From: Octopus vulgaris
Lineage: Eukaryota
DNA length: 64,000 nt
Assembly (NCBI GenBank): GCA_951406725.2
Contig: OX597820.1
Span: forward strand, 26,350,001-26,414,000
Reading direction: 5' to 3'
Every line of letters starts with the position of its first letter. Within the stretch, counting starts at the first letter, position 1. Under the pieces are notes generated by a model, which was not told the origin of the DNA, searched no databases, and saw only the letters and a program-made list of their open reading frames with translations. Of the stretch, positions 49,861-63,475 are shown piece after piece. The position numbers and the translations under genes are program-made.

Positions 49861-50199
49861 AAAATAGAAATGTGCTGATGACTTGAGGTCATGCAATATA
49901 AATGTTATCCCCATTGTTAACATCCGTTGGTTGTGTTATGTTGTTGTAGTTGTAGTCATCATTAACTCTGTGTTCTGTGTGATACATCATAACAATTTGC
50001 CGTAGTTGTGATTGCTGTTCAGGTGGTGGGTGTCTGGATGAAGTGCGCGCATGTGTGTGTGTGTGTGTGTGCGTGCGTGGTGGTGGTGGGGAATTAGTTG
50101 TAAATTAGTCCAGTCACTTCATTGTGTTGACTCTCTGATTAATTAAGTTTTCACCACCGAAAATGAAATGTTTACTTTTTGTTAATTACAAATGAAGCA

Positions 50200-50610
50200 G
50201 TGTGTGTGTGTGTGTGTGTGTGTGCCTGATTGTGTGTGTGTGTGTGCCTGATTGTGTGTGTGTGTGTGCCTGATTGTGTGTGTGTGTGTGTGTGTGCCTG
50301 ATTGTGTGTGTGTGTGTGTGCCTTGTGTGTGTGTGTGTGTGCCTGATTGTGTGTGTGTGTGTGTGCCTGATTGTGTGTGTGTGTGTGTGACTGATTGTGT
50401 GTGTGTGTGTGATTGTGTGTGTGTGTGTGTGTGACTGATTGTGTGTGTGTGTGACTGATTGTGTGTGTGTGTGCCTGATTGTGTGTGTGTGTGTGTGTGC
50501 CTGATTGTGTGTGTGTGTGTGTGTGTGTGCCTGATTGTGTGTGTGTGCCTGATTGTGTGTGTGTGTGCCTGATTGTGTGTGTGCCTGATTGTTTGTATGC
50601 CTGATTGTGT
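50200..50610. repeat. Minisatellite CCTGAT(TG)n
   Basis: Read directly. Confidence 0.96.
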
Positions 50611-53122
50611 GTTTTAATTCCACACTGTTTACAATTGTTGACACTGTCTCTGTCTGTGGCATGGCTACCGGTTGTGCTTAATTTTGCTATTCTTAAATTT
50701 AAAGAGCAACAAAATTATAAAGAGTTAAATCTAGCCTCCTCCTTCTCTTCCTCCTCTCTCGAAAGCAATGAATCGGTCAGGTTGTTAGATGCTCTGCTGC
50801 TAGAAATAGTGACAAATTCACTTAAATTATCTTAAATAATAATAATAATAATAATAATATATTTCTTTACTGCCCACAAGGGGATAAACACACAGGGGAC
50901 AAACAAGAACAGATAAATGGATTAAGTCTATTATATCAACCCCAGTGCGTAACTGGTACTTATTTAATCGACCCCGAAAGGATGAAAGGCAAAGTCGAAA
51001 GAATGAGCATGTCAAATGTTATATCCCTGGGCTGGATTGAGACTTGCAGAGGCCCTAAACACTTAAAAGGTTTAACAACAGGGTTAAATATCTCTCAAAT
51101 AACATTTCAGTTCCTTCAGAGAAAAGGACATGTTTGAGAATATGGTTCTAGATGACATATTGTCTTTACATTAAAGACATGATGTCCATGGCTTGGGTGT
51201 CTTTGATAGTAGATTGTCATATGGGCTGATGTGGAGCTAAACATTTGTTGGTTCCAGTTGAATTTTAGATTCAACTCCATGTGGCTGACAGTTGGTTTTC
51301 CATCAATCACTGCGAAATGTTGCCATTTTGAGATCCTTCTAATAAAGTAAATAGTCACCATTGGCATCATCATCATCATCGTTTTAATGTCTGCTTTTCC
51401 ATGCTTGCATTGATTGGATGGACTTCATTGAAGATTTTCCATGGCTAGCTGCCCTTCATGTTGGCAATCCTCACTTGTTTCCAAGCAAGGTAATATTTCT
51501 CCTTACGCAAAGGTGGCAAGCTGGCAGAAATGTTAGTGCGCCGGGCAAAATGCTTAGCGGTATTTTGTCTGTCTTTACATTCTGAGTTCAAATTCCGCCG
51601 AGGTTGATTTTTGCCTTTCATCCTTTCGTGGTAAATAAATTAAGTACCAGTTGCATACTGGGATCGATCTAATCGACTGCCCCCACCACCCGTAAAATTT
51701 CGGGCCTTGTGCCAAGTGTAAAGAATATTTTTCTTTCCACAGACATATTTTGCATGGAAAATAGAAAACTTTTTTTTATATGTGATGGTAATGCTTGTTT
51801 ACAACTGTTGTGCAATGTTCAGGTGGGGAGACATAAACTACACACATGTTCATACACACACATACACACGCATGCATGTGTGCATGCATGTGCATATCCT
51901 CATTAATCATTTAACATCTGTTCTCCAGGCTGGCATGGGTTGGATGGTTTGACAAGAGCTGGCAAGCCAGAGGGCTATGCCAAGTTCTGTTTATTTTGGC
52001 ATGGATAATTTCTATTGTTGGATGCCCTTCCTAACTCACTCACACATATCTTTACAACTACACATGCCCACATACATTTCTTTCACTTTTCATATGCACT
52101 CACAGGGCTTTGGTTGTTTCAGAGCTCTACTAGAGGATATTTGCTCAAGATGCCCAGCTGTGGGATTGAACCCCATTACCTTGTGATTGTGAAGCAAACT
52201 TCTTAATTTTTATCCATGCTGCATCCATACAATAGCAGTACATATATTTCCTGTATATCTTTATATCAAGAATATATTCTGTTTATTTCATTTCTTTATG
52301 TTAGACTTATGTTATAACCCCAAGTAATTCATAATTCTTTGTTGAGCACTTTCTGTGAGTTATACATTGCATAGGTGAGATTTACTCCTTTCAATTCTTG
52401 CGGCCCTTATGGCTACATAACTAAACAACAACTGTCATTTCCACCCTCATTACATCTGTTGTTGTTGTTGTTGTTTAATTCCAAGTTGTTGCTGATTGAG
52501 CAGATCTATTGTTAAAGATGCTCCAGCTGTGACAAACTCCTTATTTTTTTTTATTTACTTGTACCATGTTAAAAACAAAATTGAAAATGAAAATTCAATG
52601 ACCTACATATTGCATATAACACCTCTCAGTCTGTCCCACAACAGATGCCCTACATTTAGCCTAATGTGTTAAAATAGCTAAATTTGTCTCTTTTTCTATT
52701 TTTAAGTCATTAATATATGATTTGAGGGGAATTTGGTTGACATTGCTAACAGGTTGAGTGACTGCATAGAGCAACCATTCTCAACAGTTGTATTTTTGGG
52801 GTGGGGGTGAGGGTCTATGACTCCCTTAGGAGCCTTTTTCATGTTTCCAGGGCCCCAAGTGAAACAGAGTTGGAAATTGATTCTACTGAGGAGCAGGCAT
52901 GGCTGTGTGGTTAAGAAGTTTGTTTTCTAGTTGCATGATCTTGGGTTCAGTCCCACTGCACAGTACCCAGCTGACCAAAAGCTCTGTGAATGAACTTGGT
53001 TGAAGGAAACTGAAGGAAGCCCATCGTGTGTGTAAGTGTATGAGTGTAGGTGAGTGTCCTTGTCTGGGCGTTGTGTGTGAGTTGCAGATAGGTCATACAA
53101 GTAGCAGTATTCATTCCCAAAT

Positions 53123-53354
53123 TAAGGCGATGAGCTGGCAGAATCGTTAGCACGCCGGGAGAAATGCTTGGCTGTATTTCGTCTGTCTTTACGTTCTGAG
53201 TTCAAATTCCGCCGAGGTTGACTTTGCCTTTCATCCTTTCGGGGTCGATAAATTAAGTACCAGTTACGCACTGGGGTCAATATAATCAACTTAATACCTA
53301 TGTCTGTCCTTGTTTGTCCCCTCTGTTTAGCCCCTTGTGGGTAATAAAGAAATA
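53123..53354 (+). mobile_element. Full-length family B SINE with 17-bp TSD
   Basis: TSD AGTATTCATTCCCAAAT at 53106-53122 and 53355-53371. Confidence 0.92.
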
Positions 53355-54673
53355 AGTATTCATTCCCAAATATTTCATTGAAGCCTGTCTGGCCTTGGAG
53401 AAATATTACCTCACTTGGAAACGAGTAAGGCTTGGTGACAGGAAGGGCATCTGGCTATTGAAAATTTGATCACTGTATACACACACACACACACACACAC
53501 ACACATAAAATGGGTATGAGTGTGTGGACAAACCAAAGAAAATGGCACTTAACACATTTTTTAGAAGTTACATATATTTGATTTGGTTCCATGCTACTAC
53601 ACATTTTGCTGGCTCCTGTTAGGGGCATTCAAAACTTGAAGTAACAGGGAACTGAATCAGCCTGTTTTGAATTTATATATATGATGTGTGTGTATATACA
53701 TGCATATGTATATATGACAAGAAATAAATTTTGTTTCTTTGTATGGAAACAAAAGAAGATATATAGGCCTGCAAAAAAGAAGTGTTCAAGTGAAATTGAT
53801 ACACAGAAAATCATTGATTAGAGAACAAACATCAAATTTGGGCCAACATCTTTATATAACCCCACGCTTCTATACATTTCATCACATACAAATAATACCA
53901 TGGCCTTCAACAAATAAAAGAAATACATATACCAGCACAGAAGGTAGTGGGAGTAACCAACCCATTTATGAATAACCCTCATTCATTGGACAATAAACCT
54001 TGCTTGTGAAGACCTATTGAGGCAAGTGACATCAAAATCAAAATTGCTGACGTGGCCGATGACAGTACCGCCTGATTGGTACTCGTGCCAGTGGAACGCT
54101 AAAAGCACATCTGAACGTGGTATTATTTGTATATGATGAAATGTATAGAAGCATGGGGTTATATAAAGTCATTGGCCCGAATTTGATGTTCTCTAATCAC
54201 TGATATATATACATATACACCTCTGTGTATGTATGTGCATATGTACCTGTCATACAAGTGGTGTTATTCATTTCTAATCTTCTATGAAAGTATGCCCTGC
54301 CTTTAGGAAAAATTGCCTTGCTTTGAAACTGGTGAAGGTTAGTGACAGCAGGGGCATCCATCCATGCAAAATCTGCCTGAACAAACTCCATCTGACCCAT
54401 GCAAGCATGAAAAAGTGGATGTTAAAACAATGATATTGCCAATGTTTTACAATCTGGTTCAGTTTCACTGAGACAGATGTTGAAGGTCTCTTGATGTTTG
54501 TATATTTTATTTGACTTTTTGTAACGTGATTGTGTTACTCTGTGTATATGTGTGTGAACATGTATGTGCATGTGTGTAGTTAGTTATCATTGTTTGTAAT
54601 TAAGTACTTGTAATTATTTGTGTGTGGTTGTGATCATGGTTGTGTTTGTGTACAGGTGTGTGTGTGTGATCTT

Positions 54674-54708
<35 letters not shown>

Positions 54709-54796
54709 GTGATAATGTGTGTGTGTATATACATGTGATAATGTTTGTGTACACTATTTGCTACATTTTGACGAAATTTCTATTTCTTTATATTCC

Positions 54797-54867
54797 AGGT
54801 CATAACGACCCTCTGACAGTGAGGTCACACTGACCTCTGTTGTATTAAGGTGGGGTCGTTACTGCCT
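54797..54867. promoter_or_regulatory. Perfect IR3 estrogen-response-element palindrome with two flanking imperfect IR3 sites
   Basis: AGGTCAcacTGACCT 54822-54836; AGGTCAtaaCGACCC 54797-54811; GGGTCGttaCTGCCT 54853-54867. Confidence 0.55.
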
Positions 54868-55505
54868 GTTAACTGATACTTCTCTCTCTCTCTTTCTTTC
54901 TATTAGACCCCCCTCCATGCTCTCCTCTTCTTTTGCTCGGAATCCTTTCTCGATAAGGAAACCTTTGTATGCCTTCATATGAAGTTATTAAATAAAGTAT
55001 ATTGTTCAGGTGTAGGAAAAAAAGACATATATTACGTTTATGACAATGCCTCCGGAGTGTATTTAATAGATGGAAGTAGTGCAGAAGCCTATTGTGTGTG
55101 TGTATGTGTGAGAGAGAGAGAGAGAGAGAGAATGTTATAGCGTTGTATTTATCTCTCACCACTTGACAACATGTGTTGGTTTGTTTATGTCCATACACAT
55201 ATATTAAAAGTAATTGAGTCGATGACTGGACACACTCAAATATGTTACTGCTCTATGCCTTAGAGTGTGTTTCTTTTTCGGGTATATGATACATTGACAA
55301 TACACAGGGTTGGCCAAAAGTCACCCGACAATAAATCAAAACTAAATACCTAATATTCAATTTTATTTATTCATTCCAGTTATGAATGTTTAATAATTGA
55401 ATGCTGTGAGTTAAAATCACTGTCTTTAACATTTGTCTAAAAGCAAAGTCTCATATAAAATAATTTTTTGTTTTAATCTTGGAATTAAATGGTTTTGAGG
55501 CCAGC

Positions 55506-55548
<43 letters not shown>

Positions 55549-55555
55549 CTGGCCC

Positions 55556-55730
55556 TGATAGATCGCTAGCCACTACAAATTCTTTATTTTCTCTCCTTGT
55601 TTCTTTCTGTGGAAGAGCGTAAGTTCGAAACGTTAAAGATTTTTTCACTTCCCGATCGTTATACTAATACATCTGTTTGTTGTCTACACCACCTGTCTTC
55701 GTCTTTTGTTTTTTTTGTGAATTCTCCCCC
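55556..55730 (+). mobile_element. Penelope-terminal-repeat-like element with degenerate hammerhead motif
   Basis: CTGTGGAAGAGCGTAAGTTCGAAACGTTA; homologous to 11430-11615. Confidence 0.5.
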
Positions 55731-55743
55731 TAACATGTATGCA

Positions 55744-55792
<49 letters not shown>

Positions 55793-55846
55793 GTTGCTGT
55801 TATGTTGATATATATTATTGATGCTATGTTATATTTATCTTTTGTG

Positions 55847-56165
55847 AAGGCACATGGCTTAGTGGTTAGGGTATTCGGCTCCCGATTATAAGGTCAGGAG
55901 TTCAATTCCTGGCAACATGTGTCCTTGAACAAGACACTTTATTTCACGTTGCTCCAATCCACTCAGCTGCCAAAATGATTAGTACTTGTATTTCAAAAGG
56001 GCCAGCCTTCTCACATTGTGTGCCACGTTGAATCTCCCTGAGAACTATGTTAAGGGTACATGTGTGTGTGTGTGGAGTGCTCAGCCACATGCACATTCAT
56101 TTCACGGGCAGGCTGTTCTGTTGATCAAATCAACTGGAATCCTCGTCATCATAACTGACAGAGAG
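55847..56165 (+). mobile_element. A further tRNA-headed SINE family
   Basis: TGGCTTAGTGG (A box), GAGTTCAATTCC (B box), then GTGTCCTTGAACAAGACACTTTA central domain. Confidence 0.8.
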
Positions 56166-56649
56166 TCATATTTATCTTTTACTTGCTTCACTTATTGCCA
56201 TGCCGAGGCACTGCTCCCTTGAAGGGTTTAGTTGAAGAAGTCAATCCCAGTACTTTTTCTTATATAAGTCTGATACATATTCCCTCCTTTTACTCTTTGC
56301 TGAGCTGTTAAGTTGTGAGAAACACACACTCACACACACTGCTGGCTTTTTTTAGTTTTTGTCAACCGAATCCACTCAGAGCACTTTGGTCAGCTTGAAG
56401 CTATAGTGGAAGACCTTTACCCAAGGTATCACACTTCAGCAATGTGGTTGGGAAGCAAACTTCTTACTACACAGCCGCATGATTTATGTTCTGAAATAAA
56501 TGCGTATGTACATATGTGTATGTACGTGTGTGTGTGTGTGTGTATATGTATGTATGCACATGCATATATTGCTGGCACTCCATGAGTTATGACGATGAGG
56601 GTATTTGTATGTATGCGCATATGTATATATATATATGTGTGTGTGTGTG

Positions 56650-57050
56650 TGTGGCTGTGTGGTAAGTAGCTTGCTTACCAACCACATGGTTCCGGGTTCA
56701 TGCTCACTGCGTAGCACCTTGGGCAAGTGTCTTCTACTATAGCCTCGGGCCGACCAAAGCCTTGTGAGTGGATTTGGTAGACAGAAACTGAAAGAAGCCC
56801 ATCGTATATATGTATGTGTATGTATATATATATATATATGTGTGTGTGTGTATATGTTTGTGTGTCTGTGTTTGTCCCTCAACATTGCCTGACAACTGAT
56901 GGTGGTGTGTTGACTCCCCATAACTTAGCTGTTCAGCAAAAGAGACCAATAGAATAAGTACTAGGCTTCCAAAGAATAAGTCCTGGGGTTGATTAGCTCG
57001 ACTAAAGGTGGTGCTCCAACATGGTCACAGTCGACTGACAAGTAAAAGAG
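56650..57050 (+). mobile_element. Family A SINE
   Basis: Same sequence as 43632-44016. Confidence 0.9.
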
Positions 57051-57069
57051 TATATATATATATAAATAT

Positions 57070-57390
57070 ATCATCATTATCGTTTAACGTCCGTTCTCCA
57101 TGCTAGCATGGGTTGGACAGTTCGACCAGGGATCTGGGAAGCCAGAAGGCTGCACCAGGCTCCGGTCTTATCTGGCAATGTTTCTACAGCTGGATGCCCT
57201 TCCTAACGCCAACCACTCCGTGAGTGTAGTGGGTGCTTTTTACGTGCCACCTGCACTGGTGCCAGGCGAGGCTGGCATCGGCCACGGTCGGATTGGTGCA
57301 TTTTATGTGCCACCTGCACGGAAGCCAGTCGAGGCGGCACTGGCTTCGGCCACGATTCGGATGGTGCTTTTTACGTGCCACCGACACGAT
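57070..57390 (-). mobile_element. Family D retroposon
   Basis: (CAT)n tail, CCATGCTAGCATGGGTTGG and three GGTGC..TTTTA(C/T)GTGCCAC units. Confidence 0.85.
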
Positions 57391-58039
57391 ATATATATAA
57401 AATCCACTTTGACTCCCTCATTCCCAGGATATCATAGAAATTCACATTGATTTGCCTATCACATTCTTCACAGTCTACTCCACACAAGTATAACAACTAC
57501 AAGAACAGTCTTGTTCTTCCTATTTTCCATTTCTCTCTTCTTCCTGGCAATACAATTTGTCAAGATTTCAGTGAAGCTCCTATGACTTCTAACTGTATGT
57601 GAATTCGTGTATGTAGTGTACATGTGTGTGTGGTTGAATCAAGTTGCATAGTGTATCGTTGTGTGTACAGGTGTGAGGGTGGTGTGGTGTCTGTTGATGT
57701 GTAGGTATGATCTCTGTTCAGTTTCACTAAATTTCTTCATGCTAGTTAGATAGACAAACAAACAACATATGTATAAGGGTGAGATTGTGTATCAAATTAG
57801 TTAATGTCAGTGCCATACTAATGTTGTACTTTAGAATGATATAAGATGCAGGATAGCAGGTGGTGGAATTGGTTAGCAGCCAAATTAAACACTCATGTGG
57901 TATTGAGTTAAATCTTGAGGTCAATATCTGCTAGGGGTTGACTTTCCTTTCATCCTGGTAGGGTACAGCCATACACTTGGAGCTGATTCAATTGAAAATA
58001 TCTCTCTGGGTCTGTACTGAAACCCTTCTCTTCCTGTCA

Positions 58040-58258
58040 GGTGTCAAATTCCGACACTACCACTATCATTGGTGGCATGATGATGATGGGTAGATCTGAA
58101 GAGGGATTGAAGACATGGTGAGTAGATGTATACGAGATGTAAGACAGAAGGGAACTTCAGTTAGATTCCTTACAGATATAGAAGATGGGTACAAATTATT
58201 TTGGGTAAATAACAGCGCTGGGATTATGATGGAGTATCTATATTGTTGGCTGAGAAAT
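58040..58258 (+). mobile_element. Old RTE endonuclease N-terminal remnant
   Basis: Broken peptide MMGRSEE...DVRQKGTSVRFLTDIEDGYKLFWVNNSAG...GVSILLAEK, overlapping the GVGMLIAEK start of the copy at 1-817. Confidence 0.7.
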
Positions 58259-58566
58259 CATTGCTGTTGTCATCTTCATCATTAATATTATCATCATCAT
58301 CGTCATCATTGCTCTAATGTTCATTTTCCATACTTGTGTGAATCAGATCAAATTTGTTGAAACAGATTCTTGTATGGCTGGATGCTCTTCCTGTTGTTAA
58401 CCCTCATCTATTTTCAAGTAAGATGGTATTTCTTCTTGTCTTTGAATGAGACAGCAAAATGGTTGGACATGTTTGTTTGGCAGATTACAAATGAAGGATC
58501 CCTCTTGTATGATAGTAATATTTATTTACGATTACTATGCAATATCAATGCATACTTTTTACTAAG

Positions 58567-58759
58567 CACTCTTTTACTTGTTTCAGTCATTTGACTGCAG
58601 CCATGCTGGAGCACCGCCTTTAGTCAAGCAAATCGACCCCAGGACTAATTCTTTGTAAGCCTAGTACTTATTCTATTGGTCTCTTTTGCCGAACCACTAA
58701 GTTATGGGGACGTAAACACACCAGCATCGGTTGTCAAGCGATGTTGGGGGCGGGGACAA

Positions 58760-58790
<31 letters not shown>

Positions 58791-58937
58791 CATATGCACG
58801 ATACCAAATCTACTCACAAGGCTTTGGTCGGCCCGAGGCTATAGTAGAAGACACCTGCCCAAGTTGCCACGCAGTGGGACTGAACCCGGATCCATGTGGT
58901 TGGTAAGCAAGCTACTTACCACACAGCCACTCCTGCA
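58567..58937 (-). mobile_element. Family A SINE
   Basis: Same head, body and tail as other A copies. Confidence 0.9.
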
Positions 58938-59901
58938 TCACTGTTAAGTTTCCTTATAAAAATTCATAAATATGTACTTTACTAAAAAAGCATTGAATGA
59001 TCCTCTAATTAAATGTTAAATTATTTTAATTCATTACTGTCTTATAAAAATATACTGTTGATATATTCCATGATGTTCTGGTGATCTGCTGATCTATCTT
59101 TATTTGCATTAATTTGTGAGTATACGATCGTATTGTATAATGCTGAGCACAGCTATTAATACAAACACGTATGAATAATTTCCTGCATAATGAAATTAAT
59201 GCTACATAAAGAAGGGTGCAAAATGGCCATAACTTTATGAAAATCACATGGTTAAATAAATGTATATTCACCTCTCATACTTTCTGAATTTACGTTTTTA
59301 TATACTCCTCATAACCATTTTATTGCTTGAATTTTCTTGAATGATCAGTGACCTGGGTACTTTACATTAAACTACTTTGTAATTTATTACCATGTGGACT
59401 GATAGCCGAGTCCGTACAAGGAGCTTTTCTGTGCTATCTACACAGTTATGTAAACATACATGTATGTATACATGTATTTTAAAGCAGAACATTCACCCCT
59501 AAATTATCTCTTATAAATGACAAGTTGCCTTGGGTTCTTAGCAGGTCTATTATGTTAGTAAATCTGCTTAACTTCTATTAAAGTATCATTTGAAGCGTCT
59601 AGTGAACTTGGAGACAGAAAGAAAACATGTCATTTTATAAGCTATGTATGTGAAAGATGGGTAAAAGCAGCAGTGGATTTAGTGAAGAGAAAAGAGCTGA
59701 CCCTTCAGTTTACCTGGAGGCTGCTGATATTAAGAGAAAGCATGTACATGGAGTAGGTCATTGTAGGTGACAAATATCTGGCTTTTGACTTAAAGAATGC
59801 ATGTTATGTATTTTGTTAAATTTGAATAGGTATATGTATATATGTATATCTGTATATATATATTTGTACATGTATGTTTGAAAATATATACTACATGTAT
59901 G

Positions 59902-59950
<49 letters not shown>

Positions 59951-60004
59951 GTGTGTGTGTGTATGTATGTTTGTGTGTGTAAATATATATATATAGATAC
60001 ACAC

Positions 60005-60221
60005 ATGAGGTGGGGGGACTGAAAATTTCCTGGTTCTAAGGGTATTGCAAAAGGCCTAGTTGGAGACCCAACTTTCTGACCCCTTTCATAGGGCTTAGAA
60101 AAACTGAGGGACTACTGCAGTGTGTAAATCTCAGGGGAATTATGTTGATTAAAGTCATAATTAACTGATCCTCCTGTATTTTCTTTTACCCAAAGCCAGG
60201 AACTTTTCAGCACCCCTTGTA
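60005..60221. mobile_element. Mariner-type MITE
   Basis: TIRs GAGG..GGG.CTGAAAATTTCCTGG / CCAGGAACTTTTCAGCACCCCTTG followed by TA. Confidence 0.7.
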
Positions 60222-60649
60222 TATGTGAGATTTTATATATATATATATATATATAAATATATGAAGTTTGAAAATGGAGAGATTCAATTTTATAATATAT
60301 TTCTTGAAGAAATATCTTTGAAATATAATATATTAAACCATGATATCTTTGATAAGACTATCTCTATAAGAGGTTTAAATATCCTCATAATGTATGTGTA
60401 TGTGTTTATATATATATATATGTATGGTATCTGCAAGTGTATGTGTTAGCACACTTTCTCTGTAACACACACATACACACACACACAGGTTATATATTGT
60501 ATTTTAGGCTTCATTTGCAATTTTTGATGTTGTTCCACTCCAAAACTATTTATTATTGTAGGTTAATGGTTTGTTTTCATGCTTTCTTGAAGCAAAGTAG
60601 TCATCACTATTCCCATAATAACAGGTTAGAGTGTTTGGCAATAAGCCTC

Positions 60650-61480
60650 ACGATAATTACTCTCTTTTTATGTTCTGAGTTCAAGTCCTACCAAGGTAAA
60701 CATCCTTTTGGGGTGAATAAAATAAAGCACCCTTTAATATTGCTGGCCTTGTACCAAGATTATTATTATTAAGGTGGCGAGCTGGCAAATTATTAGCATG
60801 CTGGACGAAATGCTTAATGGTATTTTGCCTGTTGCTAGCATGCTGGACGAAATGCTTAATGGTATTTCGCCTGTTGCTACATTCTGAGTTCAAATTCCGC
60901 CTGACTTTGCCTTTCATCCTTTTGGAGTCGATAAAATTAGTACTAGTTGAAGACTGGAGTTGATGTAATTGACTCACCTCCTCCCCCAAAACTGCTGCCC
61001 TTGTGGCAGAATTTGAAATCATTATTATTATTATAAGGTGGTGAGCTGGCAGAATCGTTAACACACTGGACAAAATGCTTAACGGTATTTCGCTTGTTAC
61101 TATGTTCTGAGTTCAAGTTCTGCCAAGGTCGACTTTGCCTTTCATACTTTTATGGTTGATAAATTAAGTACCAGTAAAATACTGGGGGTGATGTAATCGC
61201 CTGACCCCCTCCCTACAAATTTCAGGCCTTGTGCCTATAGTGGAAAAGATTATTTCGTAGCAAACGGGCAGAATTGTTTGCATGCCAGGCAAAAGAAGGC
61301 ATTTTAACTGTCTTCTGAGTTCAAATTCTGCCGAGGTCGACTTTGCCTTTTGTCCTTTTCGGGTCGATAAATTAAGTATCAGTAACACTGGAGTTGATGT
61401 AATCAACTACCCCACCCCTTCCCCAAAATTTCAGGTTTTGTACCTATAGTAGAAAGGATTATTATTATTAATTATTAAGG
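60650..61480 (+). mobile_element. Head-to-tail array of about four family B SINEs joined through (ATT)n tails
   Basis: Repeated AAGGTGG.GAGCTGGCA...TTCTGAGTTCAA...GCCTTGT units. Confidence 0.85.
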
Positions 61481-61486
61481 CAGTGA

Positions 61487-62035
61487 GATCTCTAGAGATA
61501 TGCTGTGACTGCAAAGACCCGATAAATAATGTGAGTTCATGGCTGTTTCCTGCACCAGTTTCGCATAGCCCCAGCCCATCCAAAGTACCTTGGATTGCAG
61601 AACGACCTGCTGTGCTTACCTTGGATCGTAGGGTGACCTGCTGTGCTTGAGGAGACTTATTGAGTCAAGTACATCAACATCGAAATAAATATTAAATGGA
61701 AATTGTAGTCGTGATACCTGTGCCGGTGGCACGTAAAAAGCACCATCTGAACGTGGTCAATGCCAGCGCCGCCTTGACTGGCTTCTGTGCTGGTGACACG
61801 TAAAAAGCGCCAACCGATCATGGCCGCTGTCAGCCTCTCCAGGCACCTGCACTGGTGGCACGTAAAAAGCACTCACTACACTCACAGAGTGGTTGGCGTT
61901 AGGAAGGGCATCCAGCTGTAGAAACACTGCCAGATCAGACTGGAGCCTGGCGCAGCCTCTTGGCTTCCCAGAACCCAGTCGAGCCGTTCAACCCGTGCTA
62001 GCATGGAAAACGGATGTTAAACAATGATGATGATG
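61487..62035 (+). mobile_element. RTE LINE 3' end: last codons, 3' UTR with three ~65-bp units, (GAT)n tail
   Basis: Begins DL*RYAVTAKTR* (compare 29400), then the complete family D sequence. Confidence 0.8.
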
Positions 62036-62929
62036 AGTTAGAAGAATTGTTAATATACTGGGTGAAATGCTTAGTCACATTTTGTCCTTACGTTCTGAGT
62101 TCAAATTCCATTGATGTTAACTTTGTCTTTCATTCTTTTGGGATTGATGAAATAAGTACCAGTTAAGTACTGGGATCAATGTGTAATTGACTAGCCCCTT
62201 TCTCCCCCAAATGTCAGGCCTTGTGGCTATAGTAGAAAGAGCTATTATTATAGTGAAATTTTTCATAAACAAAATATGCTGTGCCTTACTTTCTGGATTA
62301 GCTACTGAAAATTCATGCCCCACTCCCACCAGCTTAAGGTACATAAAATGAACAGTTTCAAAGCTTCACCTGACCTTCACCTGTTTGATGCAGTGTGATG
62401 TAGGCGGAGATGTGCGTGTGTGGGGGGAACTATGATGAGATACTCAGGTGTTTCTTACCTTCCGTTTTGTTTGTCTAAATAACTCCCCACCTCATTATGC
62501 CCCTTTCAACAAAAATTACTCCGTTCAGGTTCCATGGTTTGCTTAAGTTTCAGGTTTAGGTTGGCGTTTGTTAGTGTGTAGAGCCTTGCAAAGGATATCG
62601 TTGTTACTGTGTGTATGTATGAGACAGAGATTGTGGTCACGTTTGTGGTGTTTGTGTGTATGCATGTGTGGGTATATGGGTACCTAGAAAATGTTAAACC
62701 AACCATATATGACTGGAAGGAGTGTTTAATAATACTTATATATTATTGTATTTAATATATATATATATATATATTTAATATATATATACATATATATATG
62801 TATGCATATATGTGCTATTGTATTTAACATATGTATACACATACACACACACACAATGTTTAACCAACCATGTATGACTGGAAGGTGTGTTTTTTATATA
62901 TGAATACTAATATATTGTGTACATTATAA

Positions 62930-62944
62930 ATGTGTGTGTGTATA

Positions 62945-62979
<35 letters not shown>

Positions 62980-63475
62980 ATGTGTGTGTGTGTGTGTATA
63001 GGTGTGTGTGTGTGTATAGGTGTGTGTGTGTGTATAGGTGTGTGTGTGTATGTATAGGTGTGTGTGTGTGTGTATAGGTGTGTGTGTGTGTATGTATAGG
63101 TGTGTGTGTGTGTATGTATAGTGTGTGTGTGTGTGTGTGTATAGGTGTGTGTGTATGTATAGGTGTGTGTGTGTGTATGTATAGGTGTGTGTGTGTATGT
63201 ATGTATAGGTGTGTGTGTGTATGTATGTATAGGTGTGTGTATGTGTGTATGTATGTATAGGTGTGTGTATGTGTGTGTGTATGTATAGGTGTGTGTGTGT
63301 ATATATGTATAGGTGTGTGTGTGTGTGTATATATGTATAGGTGTGTGTATGTGTGTATATATGTATAGGTGTGTGTGTGTGTGTATATATGTATAGGTGT
63401 GTGTGTGTGTGTGTATATATGTATAGGTGTGTGTGTGTGTATATATGTATAGGTGTGTATGTGTGTATATATATA
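62930..63475. repeat. Minisatellite TATAG(GT)n
   Basis: Read directly. Confidence 0.96.

Noticed and set aside
61718-61875. CRISPR-like palindromic repeats with ~36-nt spacers (also 26845-27005 and 57230-57385)
   Set aside because: The spacers are homologous to each other, the array is part of a retroposon 3' UTR, and no cas genes are present.
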